A stretch of 37,563 bases of DNA, taken from contig CAZLWI010000002.1 of assembly GCA_964563525.1 (NCBI GenBank), positions 1 to 37,563 of the forward strand, read 5' to 3'. Source of the stretch: an uncultured Lachnospiraceae bacterium (lineage in GTDB: Bacteria; Bacillota; Clostridia; TANB77; CAG-508). Numbering within the stretch: the stretch's first letter is position 1; the number at the start of each line of letters is the position of its first letter. Below the pieces are notes generated by a model. The model did not search any database, had not been told where the DNA came from, and worked only from the letters and a program-made list of their open reading frames with translations. The translations under genes and the position numbers were made by a program. Shown here piece after piece: positions 28,790 through 36,904 of this stretch.

Positions 28790-29341
28790 ATGAAGATAAT
28801 AAAAAACATATTAATAGTGATTTATTTGATTATAGCAATATTTGCAACAGTTTGCTTAATATCAACAAATCAATACAAAGTAACTGAATTAGGGGAATAT
28901 ACTTTTGTTTATGTAGATAAACATACAAATTCAGATACTTTTTCTAAAGGTGATCTTGCTATAGTGAGTTCAGATTTTAAAACAAAAGTAGGAGATGAGA
29001 TTTTTTTCTATAATGCTTATGAAAAGAATATTCACCCAACTGTTGCAAAAATAGTAGCAGAAGAAGTAATAGTTGCGGATAAAGAAGTTACATATACTTT
29101 AGATAATGAAAAACAAATATCAAGTCAATTTGTAATTGGAAAAGTTGATGAGTCTACACGAATTCCATATGTAGGAAGTGCAATGCGAATAATACAATCA
29201 AAATGGGGATTTTTATTCCTAATTGTTTTACCTGTATTAATTGCATTTATTTATGAAATATATACTATTATTATTGAAGTTAGATCAAATAAAGTAAAAG
29301 TAAAATCAGAAACTAAAACAGAAAATAGTGATGATAAATAA
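28790..29341 (+). CDS. SipW-like pseudo-peptidase 2 (degenerate catalytic boxes)
   Basis: There is an AGGAG RBS. It has TM1 and TM2 like SipW. The Ser-box region reads DKHTNSDTFSKGDLAIVS, the His-box region reads HPTVAKIVAEE, and the third box reads YTLDNEKQISSQFVIGKV. Confidence 0.55.
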   Translation: MKIIKNILIVIYLIIAIFATVCLISTNQYKVTELGEYTFVYVDKHTNSDTFSKGDLAIVSSDFKTKVGDEIFFYNAYEKNIHPTVAKIVAEEVIVADKEVTYTLDNEKQISSQFVIGKVDESTRIPYVGSAMRIIQSKWGFLFLIVLPVLIAFIYEIYTIIIEVRSNKVKVKSETKTENSDDK

Positions 29342-29364
29342 AGGAGACTTTTAATATTGAAATA

Positions 29365-29979
29365 ATGACTAAAAAGAATGTCAAAATACTATGTATAGTA
29401 TTAAGTATAATATTACTAGTAATAGTTGTTTTACAAATATCCCATACCTATTCGGTTTTCTATAGTGAATTAAAAGGATCTTCAGAAATTAAAATAGGGA
29501 AATGGGATATCTTAGTTAATAACGAACAAGTAACTGGTGGATACACAACAAATTTTACAATGAATGAACTAGATTTTTCAGAGAGTCCAAATGTATTAGA
29601 AGGTAAGATTGCACCAGGTATGTTTGGAAGTGGACAAATTAGTATCAAACCAAATAATGTTGATGTTTCGATAAGATATGATATTACATTAAATGATGAG
29701 GTTATTGTAAATGAAAAGATAAGCATATCTGATCTTACAATACTTAATAGTACTAAAACTTTAATTAAAACAGCAGAAAGAACATATACAGGTACAATTC
29801 TTCTACAAGATATGGTAGCTAATTATGAAGATATTATAGGTTTAAATGTTATTTGGGAAAATGATGAGAACAATAATAATAAAGATACAGAATTAGGTAT
29901 TAATCCTGTAACAGGAATAGGATTACCAATTAGTATAAAGTTTTCTCAATATTTAGGAGAAGCTATTAATGCAATATAA
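29365..29979 (+). CDS. exported TasA/camelysin-like protein with SipW-type signal peptide
   Basis: The N-terminus is KKNVKILCIVLSIILLVIVVLQISHTYSVFYSE (compare TasA ..GGGTWAAFND). Further matches are KIAPGMFGSGQISIKPNNVDVSIRYDI (compare TasA LKPGDKLTKDFQFENNGSL) and the terminal strand LPISIKFSQY (compare TasA IKLQFSFEATQ). Confidence 0.6.
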   Translation: MTKKNVKILCIVLSIILLVIVVLQISHTYSVFYSELKGSSEIKIGKWDILVNNEQVTGGYTTNFTMNELDFSESPNVLEGKIAPGMFGSGQISIKPNNVDVSIRYDITLNDEVIVNEKISISDLTILNSTKTLIKTAERTYTGTILLQDMVANYEDIIGLNVIWENDENNNNKDTELGINPVTGIGLPISIKFSQYLGEAINAI

Positions 29980-30592
29980 TGAAAAAAGTAAGAAAAGTAT
30001 GGAAAATATTCAAAAATTTTTAAAAATAATATCTAAAATATTTACATATATATTAGTTTTTATTGCATTAATAATAATAGTTTTTAGCTTAATATATCTT
30101 TATCAGATTAAATTTCAAAATAAGATTTATGCAAATGTTTTAGGTTATACGGCTTTAGAAGTGAAATCAGGTAGTATGATGCCAAATATCGAAATAGCAG
30201 ATTTGGTAATTGTAAAAGTTATAGAAAATAAAACAAAAGACAGTTTTAAAATAAATGATGTTATTACATTTAAGAAAAATAATCATTTAATTACACATAG
30301 AATAATAAGTTTAGATAAAAACAATTTAATTACAAAAGGTGATGCTAATAATACAGAAGATCAACCAATAGAATATGAAGATATTATTGGAAGAGTTGAA
30401 AAGATCATACCTAATATTGGTATATGGAAAAAGGTATTTAGTGATAAGATAGTTTTAATACCATTATCTTTAAGTATAATACTTTTTGGAATAGCAATGT
30501 CAATAGATACAAAAGAACAAATTCAAGAAAAGGAAAATGGAATTGGGAAAAAGAGAAAGAAGATACAAAAAGGTAAACGTTTTAAAAAGTAG
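29969..30592 (+). CDS. signal peptidase I, SipW type (S26B), catalytic residues intact
   Basis: The boxes are VKSGSMMPNIEIADLVIVK, ITHRIISL and TKGDANNTED, flanked by two TM helices. It overlaps the upstream gene by 11 nt. Confidence 0.8.
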   Translation: MQYNEKSKKSMENIQKFLKIISKIFTYILVFIALIIIVFSLIYLYQIKFQNKIYANVLGYTALEVKSGSMMPNIEIADLVIVKVIENKTKDSFKINDVITFKKNNHLITHRIISLDKNNLITKGDANNTEDQPIEYEDIIGRVEKIIPNIGIWKKVFSDKIVLIPLSLSIILFGIAMSIDTKEQIQEKENGIGKKRKKIQKGKRFKK

Positions 30593-31133
30593 AAAAACTT
30601 GGTTTATAATAAGTATAGTATTAATTAGTGTATTTACTCTCTTTTTTATTTTACAAAGAACAGGTGCAATATTTCAAACAACAACCGAAGGTGAAGCTAA
30701 TATTGATATAGCTTTTTATTGTATAAAAGAAGACTTTCAAACAATGACTTTAAAATTAGAGAATCTTGAACCAAGATCAGATCCATATATATATAATTTT
30801 ACTATAGCAAATAATGATGGAACAAAGAGAACAGAGACAAATTTAATTTATGACTTAACTGTTAGAACTACAACTAATTTACCGATAAATATAATATTAT
30901 TTAATACAACTCAAGGTAATATTGATATAACTAATTTAACTACAATACAAGATGATGACGGAACATATTTTAATTTATTTCAAACTGATCAACAAGAATT
31001 TGGTTTTTTACAAAATGAACAACATAAATATAGATTGGAAGTAGTATTACCAGAAATATATAAATCATCAGATTATCAAGATATTATAGAATTAATTGAA
31101 ATAAATGTTAATTCAAAACAGAAAATTGATTAA
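30537..31133 (+). CDS. exported TasA/camelysin-like protein with SipW-type signal peptide
   Basis: A basic N-terminus and TM are followed by LQRTGAIFQTTTEGEANIDIAFY. Further matches are LENLEPRSDPYIYNFTIANNDGTKRTETNLIYDLTV and the terminal strand IIELIEINVNSKQ. The start is uncertain (ATG 30537 or TTG 30543), and the gene overlaps the peptidase gene by about 50 nt. Confidence 0.55.
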   Translation: MELGKRERRYKKVNVLKSRKTWFIISIVLISVFTLFFILQRTGAIFQTTTEGEANIDIAFYCIKEDFQTMTLKLENLEPRSDPYIYNFTIANNDGTKRTETNLIYDLTVRTTTNLPINIILFNTTQGNIDITNLTTIQDDDGTYFNLFQTDQQEFGFLQNEQHKYRLEVVLPEIYKSSDYQDIIELIEINVNSKQKID

Positions 31134-31150
31134 TATTATTTGGATAAAAT

Positions 31151-32107
31151 ATGAAAAGAACAAATAAAAGAAGATTTAAAAAAAATAAAAATAGAAAAGT
31201 AACCAATTACATATTAATGGTATTAGCATTAATAATAATCTTTTTAATTCCATTGATAGTTACATTGTCTAGATATGCAATTGACTCTATTAATAATTAT
31301 TTTGCAAGAACTAAGGAATTTTATTTTTTATCTGATAAATTAACAACAGATAATTATCCATATGTTATAAATAATTGGTCAGGAGTAGATGATTATATAA
31401 TTGCAATTCATATGTCATCTATGGAAAATAATTTGTTAAAAACATCATATGATATAGATTATGATATTACATATACAGCATCATCACAGATAATGTGTCA
31501 ATTAAGTAAAACAAGTGGAACAATACTTGCTAGTACAAATGAAGATACATTTACATTAACAATTACACCTGCAACACAATTAAGAGATGGAGATTCAGTT
31601 TCTGTATCTGTTAAAGTAGAATCTAAAACTGCTTTTGAAAAAACTTTGGAAGCTAGATTTACTTTAAGAGTTGCACAAGAGCAATTATCATATTCAATAA
31701 CAGATAAAATAAATTCTCCATATATGACTGTTAATATAACAAATAGTTTATCATATTATGTTATTAGACAAGCTTTTGGTACATATAATGTTGGTGATAG
31801 AATAAAAATTGAAGTATATAGAGCTTTAAGTGATGTAGACAAGGCTAAATGTAGTTCAGCAGAAGTAAAAGTAGACTTTGATCCTACAAGATATGTTCTA
31901 GATATGACTAATAAAAATTATTTAGATGCAATTACAGTAACACATCAAATGATTGATGGTCATAGTCATATAAATGGTATAACTTTTGCAATAGATGCAG
32001 TTTCAAGTACAAATGTTAGACTATATAAAAGAAACATATTAGAAAATAATACATATCCTGCACCTGGAGTAATAACTCCTGCTGCAACATTTACAGTAGT
32101 AAGATAG
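31151..32107 (+). CDS. exported/anchored beta-rich protein (318 aa), probable additional fibre or accessory subunit
   Basis: A basic N-terminus and TM (YILMVLALIIIFLIPLIVTLSRYAIDSINNYFAR) are followed by Ser/Thr-rich sequence with alternating beta-strand character (TFTLTITPATQL.., LEARFTLRVAQE). Confidence 0.5.
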   Translation: MKRTNKRRFKKNKNRKVTNYILMVLALIIIFLIPLIVTLSRYAIDSINNYFARTKEFYFLSDKLTTDNYPYVINNWSGVDDYIIAIHMSSMENNLLKTSYDIDYDITYTASSQIMCQLSKTSGTILASTNEDTFTLTITPATQLRDGDSVSVSVKVESKTAFEKTLEARFTLRVAQEQLSYSITDKINSPYMTVNITNSLSYYVIRQAFGTYNVGDRIKIEVYRALSDVDKAKCSSAEVKVDFDPTRYVLDMTNKNYLDAITVTHQMIDGHSHINGITFAIDAVSSTNVRLYKRNILENNTYPAPGVITPAATFTVVR

Positions 32108-32117
32108 AAGAGGTAAT

Positions 32118-33212
32118 ATGGCATATAATGTAACAGATGAATATTTTAAAAGATTAGTAAATCAATATAATGCATATTTTAAATTGATATTAGATAACAA
32201 ATATAACAAACAAATATGTGAAAGATTAATGCAAGTATATATTAATGTTCGCTATGGCATGGCAGAATATACTTCAAAAGGTCAGTCTATTAGAAATAAA
32301 GTATTAATAGAGTTAAAAGAAAAGAAATCAAAACTAATAGAAGAATTCCCCGGGAAAGAAAAAGAAATTGAAGAAATATATATTTTTTCAGACTATATAA
32401 TAGATTTTGATCAATTTAGTAATGAAAAATATTTGGAGTTTTTGAGAGAGGGAAAAGAAAAAAAACTACAAGAAAATAAAAATAAGAAATATTTAAGAAC
32501 AAGTGAAAAAGTCGAAGAATTAAGTGAAATATATAAAGATTTGGTTGATTTAAGAGCAAAGAGATTAGGTAAAGCAATTCAGGAAGATTTTGTTAAAGAA
32601 TTAAAAAAAATGATAGCAGATAATATAGATGATAAGATTGATTTACTTGCAAGAGCAAATAATATTAAGGAGTTTTATTTAAGGATAACAGAATATTCAA
32701 AACAAAAAAATGTAAGAAGAGTAAAGATTAGATATAATATAGATTTTCCAATGATATACAGTATTACAGCTATAGAAAAAGTTTATCAAGAAACAGTGAT
32801 AGTTGAAGACAAATTATTACTTTGTTATTATTTGATATCAATTAAAGTTTTAAATGATGTAATATCAGGTCAATTTAATAAAGAATATATTGTTGATTTT
32901 CCAGAAAGTATTATTGAGAAAGTTCAAAAAAGAGAAAGATTAACAAATATTATAGATAATGATTTAATTAAAGAAAGAGTATTTATTAAAATAACATCTA
33001 GCGAATTTGATGCTAATACAGAATATTTTTATGATTTAATAAAAGAAGGTTTCAAATTTGCAATTGTTATTGATTCAACATTTGAACCAAGTTATGCTAA
33101 TTTAGAAAAACTTAATATGTTTAGATATATTATTACTAACAAATTATTACCAACAAATAAAGACATTAAAGAGATATCTAAATTGAGAGATAAACATATA
33201 GAATTAAAATAA
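32118..33212 (+). CDS. hypothetical cytoplasmic protein; the C-terminal half may be a degenerate EAL-like fold
   Basis: There is a GAAGAGGT RBS. The C-terminal pattern YIVDFPESII...ERVFIKITSSEF...LIKEGFKFAIVIDSTFEPSYANLEKLNMFRYIIT parallels the EAL-domain pattern vNlS...l.lEiTE...L...G..ialDDFGtGyssl..L..l..d.iKiD. The catalytic residues are replaced. Confidence 0.35.
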   Translation: MAYNVTDEYFKRLVNQYNAYFKLILDNKYNKQICERLMQVYINVRYGMAEYTSKGQSIRNKVLIELKEKKSKLIEEFPGKEKEIEEIYIFSDYIIDFDQFSNEKYLEFLREGKEKKLQENKNKKYLRTSEKVEELSEIYKDLVDLRAKRLGKAIQEDFVKELKKMIADNIDDKIDLLARANNIKEFYLRITEYSKQKNVRRVKIRYNIDFPMIYSITAIEKVYQETVIVEDKLLLCYYLISIKVLNDVISGQFNKEYIVDFPESIIEKVQKRERLTNIIDNDLIKERVFIKITSSEFDANTEYFYDLIKEGFKFAIVIDSTFEPSYANLEKLNMFRYIITNKLLPTNKDIKEISKLRDKHIELK

Positions 33213-33230
33213 AGAAAGAAAAGGATAAAT

Positions 33231-34331
33231 ATGGATACATACATAAGATTTTTATATGAATTTTTAACACAATTTTTTGGAGGCTTTATTACTTTTTTCA
33301 GAGGTCTCTGGGAAGGTATAAAACAAATATTTAATTTTAAAGCTTATCAAGATATCATTAAAAATTATCAAAGAGATTTTAAAGTAAGTGAATGGGTTTT
33401 AGTTGTTATAGCTGTTGGTGTTATTCTAATAATGCTTGCAATTATAACATTATTAGCATTTTTCTTAATTAGAAAAAAGATTAGAGCTAGAAAAAAAGGA
33501 TTAAATCAACAAGAACTATTAGACGAAATAGCTATGCTTCATAATAAAGTTGTAGATTTGGTAAGAGAAAAAGAAGATATTCTTGCTATGAAAGTATCTC
33601 AAATGGGATTAAGTCCTGGTGAAAGTGCTCTTATTGATACAAAGACAGGAGAAGTATCAGATGAAGAGGATACAGATTTAGTTGATGGTGGTATCAGATT
33701 CCCTAAATTAAATGAAATAGATATAGAGTACGCAGGATATAAGGTTAAAAACTATAATAATACATTTACATTAGAAGAACTATGCGAGAATTTTAGACAA
33801 TTTGTAGCTTCACAATTAAAACTATATTATTCAATAGAAATGATGAGACTATTTATATCATCAATTGGTGCAGCCAAGTTAGTTATATTACAGGGTATAT
33901 CTGGTACTGGTAAAACATCTTTAGCATATGCTTGGGGTAAGTTTTTAAATCATGATTCTTGTATTGCTTCAGTACAACCATCATGGAGAGATAGAACAGA
34001 GTTATTTGGTTATTTTAATGAGTTTACAAAGAAATTTAATGAAACAGATGTTTTAAGAGAAATATATTTAGCAGGATATACGGATAATATTTATACAATA
34101 ATACTAGATGAGATGAATATTGCGAGAGTTGAGTATTATTTTGCAGAAATGTTATCTATTCTGGAAATGCCTGATAAAAATGAGTGGATAGTAGAGCTTG
34201 TTCCAAGTTCATGGAAAAGAGATCCTAAAAGGATTAATGCAGGTAAACTTCAAATTGCACCAAATATTTGGTATATAGGTACAATCAATAATGACGATTC
34301 AACATTCATGGTTACAGATAATAGACATTAA
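33231..34331 (+). CDS. membrane-anchored McrB-like AAA+ NTPase, part 1 of 2 (frame break at about 34320)
   Basis: The N-terminal TM is WVLVVIAVGVILIMLAIITLLAFFLI, followed by a coiled coil. Walker A is ILQGISGTGKTSLA. The Walker B region is IILDEMNIARVEYYFAEMLSILE (McrB-type DExN..v...FGE....lE). PNIWYIGTINNDDST corresponds to the McrB N.y.IGtMNtaDrS motif. Confidence 0.7.
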   Translation: MDTYIRFLYEFLTQFFGGFITFFRGLWEGIKQIFNFKAYQDIIKNYQRDFKVSEWVLVVIAVGVILIMLAIITLLAFFLIRKKIRARKKGLNQQELLDEIAMLHNKVVDLVREKEDILAMKVSQMGLSPGESALIDTKTGEVSDEEDTDLVDGGIRFPKLNEIDIEYAGYKVKNYNNTFTLEELCENFRQFVASQLKLYYSIEMMRLFISSIGAAKLVILQGISGTGKTSLAYAWGKFLNHDSCIASVQPSWRDRTELFGYFNEFTKKFNETDVLREIYLAGYTDNIYTIILDEMNIARVEYYFAEMLSILEMPDKNEWIVELVPSSWKRDPKRINAGKLQIAPNIWYIGTINNDDSTFMVTDNRH

Positions 34332-34746
34332 TGATAAAGGTGTTCCTTTTGATCCAATAGATACTCCTGCAAAGGATATTAACTATACATATCTAGATGG
34401 ACTATTTAGAAAAGCGATTAAAGAACATCCAGTTTCAACTGAAACATTGCAAAACATAGAAAAAATGGATGATTATGTTATACAACATTTTAGAATTGCT
34501 TTTGGTAACCGTATTGTTAGACAGTTAAATGAATATGTTCCAATATTTGTAGCATGTGGTGGAGATGAAATAGATGGTGTAGATTACTTTATGGCTAGAA
34601 AAGTTTTAAGAAAATTTGAACAATTAAATGTTGCATATATTAGAGATGAGATAGATCCATTCATAGCTTTCTTAGATAAGACATTTGGTAAAGATAAAAT
34701 GAAAGAATGTATAGAATATTGTTTAAGATTAAAGAAATTAACATAA
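34321..34746 (+). CDS. McrB-like AAA+ NTPase, part 2 of 2 (C-terminal lid region)
   Basis: The +1 frame continues IDINDKGVPFDP...HFRIAFGNRIV (compare E. coli McrB FSFIDIEPGF...GFRIGHSYF). The track ORF start 34291 lies upstream of the real junction. Confidence 0.6.
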   Translation: MDINDKGVPFDPIDTPAKDINYTYLDGLFRKAIKEHPVSTETLQNIEKMDDYVIQHFRIAFGNRIVRQLNEYVPIFVACGGDEIDGVDYFMARKVLRKFEQLNVAYIRDEIDPFIAFLDKTFGKDKMKECIEYCLRLKKLT

Positions 34747-34785
34747 AAATAAGATTTAAAACAATTAAAAAAGAAAAGGATAGAT

Positions 34786-35895
34786 ATGTCAGATTTAAAT
34801 GTATTTGAAGTATATGAAGAAGCAAATGGTTCAAAGGTTGATAGCTTTGAGCAAGGTATTCAATCATCTATTAATATGACAACTGAAAAGAAAAAAGTTG
34901 AAGAAGATACAGAATGGATAGAAGTTTTTGAAGAAGTTATTCCACATATTGAAAGTATTTTAAGAAATCCTAATAGATTTATTGTTAATGAAGAGGAAAT
35001 TGTTAAAATAGAATTAGCTAGAAGAACTACAGTTGATAGTATTAAACATTTAGCAAAACATACTAGTTTTATTCAATCAATAGATGATGAAACAGGAGAA
35101 GTTACACCTTCTAAAATATTAAATATTAATAAAGAAGAAGATTATGATACTTATGAAAATAGAGTAATATATACTTTGATACAAAATATGAAGTTCTATA
35201 TACATAAGAGAAAAGAAGGAATATTAGGACGAAAGAATTTTAAAAATAAAGATAATAAACAAGTACAATATACTGGTGCGACTAGAGTAAATAATGAGAA
35301 TATTAGTATAAGTATAAATTTAGAAACTAATTTAGATGGAGAAATGGGTAATGGTACAAATCCTATTTTAAAACGAATAGAAAAAATAGAAGAAGATATT
35401 CTTGTATTAACACAAATGGAAGTATATAAGGATTTAGATAGAAAAAGAGTAGCATTAGTTACACCACCAATAAAGAAAACAAATAGAATATTAAAAAATC
35501 CAGATTTTCAATATGCAATGAAATTATGGTCATATATGCAAGACAATATGGAAGATAAAACAAAGATGTTAGATGATAAAGATGAGATTCAAAATCATGA
35601 AGAATTAAAAAGATTATTAGATGAAACATTTTTACTTGATTATTTATCAGTTGCTAAAATGGATAAAGAAACAGAAGAAGTTATTGAAGCACAAAAGAAA
35701 AAAGCTTCTATAACAACTGAACAATTAATAGAAAAACTAGTATTTATTAATTCTGGATTAACAGAACAGGAAATAAAGGATTTAATTACAGAAAAATATG
35801 AAGTTATTAAATATAAAAATAGAGTGTCATATGATGATGTTCAAAGAATATTTAGAGAAAATTTAGAAAAAGTATTTAAACTAATAGAATTGTAA
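34786..35895 (+). CDS. DUF2357/McrC-N-terminal-like partner protein without a recognisable nuclease domain
   Basis: There is an AAAGGA RBS. EEDYDTYENRVIYTLIQNMKFYI resembles the DTxENRF motif of DUF2357/McrC, and NPDFQYAMKLWSYM also fits that family. The C-terminal part is acidic and helical, and I saw no PD-(D/E)xK pattern. Confidence 0.4.
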   Translation: MSDLNVFEVYEEANGSKVDSFEQGIQSSINMTTEKKKVEEDTEWIEVFEEVIPHIESILRNPNRFIVNEEEIVKIELARRTTVDSIKHLAKHTSFIQSIDDETGEVTPSKILNINKEEDYDTYENRVIYTLIQNMKFYIHKRKEGILGRKNFKNKDNKQVQYTGATRVNNENISISINLETNLDGEMGNGTNPILKRIEKIEEDILVLTQMEVYKDLDRKRVALVTPPIKKTNRILKNPDFQYAMKLWSYMQDNMEDKTKMLDDKDEIQNHEELKRLLDETFLLDYLSVAKMDKETEEVIEAQKKKASITTEQLIEKLVFINSGLTEQEIKDLITEKYEVIKYKNRVSYDDVQRIFRENLEKVFKLIEL

Positions 35896-35905
35896 GGGAG
35901 TTATT

Positions 35906-36904
35906 ATGAGCGAAGGAAGACGATATAAAGATGAAGATAGTAAAGAATTAAATTCAGAAGAAAAAGAACTACAAAAAAAGTATGAAGAAATGATAAAAGA
36001 AATTGAATCAAAAAATAAGAGTTCTTTTAATGAAGAAACAGTAGAAACAATTCAAAGTATAGATAAAGACATAGAAAAAGAAGATAAAAAACCTAGTATA
36101 CAAGAGATTAAAAAAGAAATTGAAGCTTTACAAGATAAAGAATTGGATACAGAAAAAGAAGAAAAATTAGATAATACAATAAAAGAAACAGATGATAAAA
36201 TAACAGAAGAATTATTTGTTGTAGAAGAAGATAAGATTGATGAAATAAATGAAAACTTAGACATAATAGAAGAAGAACAGATAGATGAAATGAATGAATT
36301 AGAAGAAAAAATGGATAAAAATTTAAAAAATAAATCTAAAAAACCAAAATCAAAAATTGCTAAATCATTTTCAATATTAGGTAAAATTATATATTACTTA
36401 TTATTTGTTTTTATACTTTTTGTTTTAATATTAGTGGTAGTACAGAGATTTTCGGGTAACGAAATATCAGTTGGTGGATTTAGAATGTTTAATATACTAA
36501 CAGGCAGTATGGAACCTGAATATAAAGTTGGTGATGTTTTGATCTCAAAAGAAATTGAACCGAAAGATATAAAACTAGGAGATGATATTGTATATAAAGG
36601 TAAGGAAAAACCATTTGTAGATTTAATAGTTACACATAGGGTTGTTGATTTAAATCATGATAATAAAACAGGAAAATACAGTTTTCAAACAAAAGGTATA
36701 GCAAATGATATTGAAGATCCGGTTATAGAAGAAGATCAAGTATATGGGAAAATAATATATAAAGTTAGAAGTTTTTCTCTTTTAGCTAAATCTGTAAATA
36801 ATATGTATATATTTTTCTTTGTTATATTTATACCTATTGTATTATTAATATCAATTAAAATTATACAAGTAAGACATGAAAGAAAATTAGATGAAGAAGA
36901 TTAA
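35906..36904 (+). CDS. signal peptidase I, SipW type (S26B), with an acidic N-terminal cytoplasmic extension of about 150 aa
   Basis: There is an AGGGAG RBS. Residues 1 to about 150 are E/D/K-rich and helical. A TM (IIYYLLFVFILFVLILVVV) follows, then ILTGSMEPEYKVGDVLISK, VTHRVVDL, TKGIANDIED and TM2. Confidence 0.8.
   Translation: MSEGRRYKDEDSKELNSEEKELQKKYEEMIKEIESKNKSSFNEETVETIQSIDKDIEKEDKKPSIQEIKKEIEALQDKELDTEKEEKLDNTIKETDDKITEELFVVEEDKIDEINENLDIIEEEQIDEMNELEEKMDKNLKNKSKKPKSKIAKSFSILGKIIYYLLFVFILFVLILVVVQRFSGNEISVGGFRMFNILTGSMEPEYKVGDVLISKEIEPKDIKLGDDIVYKGKEKPFVDLIVTHRVVDLNHDNKTGKYSFQTKGIANDIEDPVIEEDQVYGKIIYKVRSFSLLAKSVNNMYIFFFVIFIPIVLLISIKIIQVRHERKLDEED

Noticed and set aside
37-36264. 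Fourteen short ORFs in the supplied track overlap larger genes on the opposite strand or in another frame: 37..255-, 4546..4833-, 5465..5794-, 13273..13575-, 17045..17257+, 17701..17934-, 21787..21987-, 24370..24576-, 24973..25155+, 26180..26452-, 28382..28573+, 29460..29726-, 34661..34867-, 36052..36264-.
   Set aside because: All of them lie inside well-supported longer CDSs. Their products are low-complexity and rich in Ile/Leu/Phe/Ser, as is typical of antisense reading of AT-rich genes. None has a convincing RBS.
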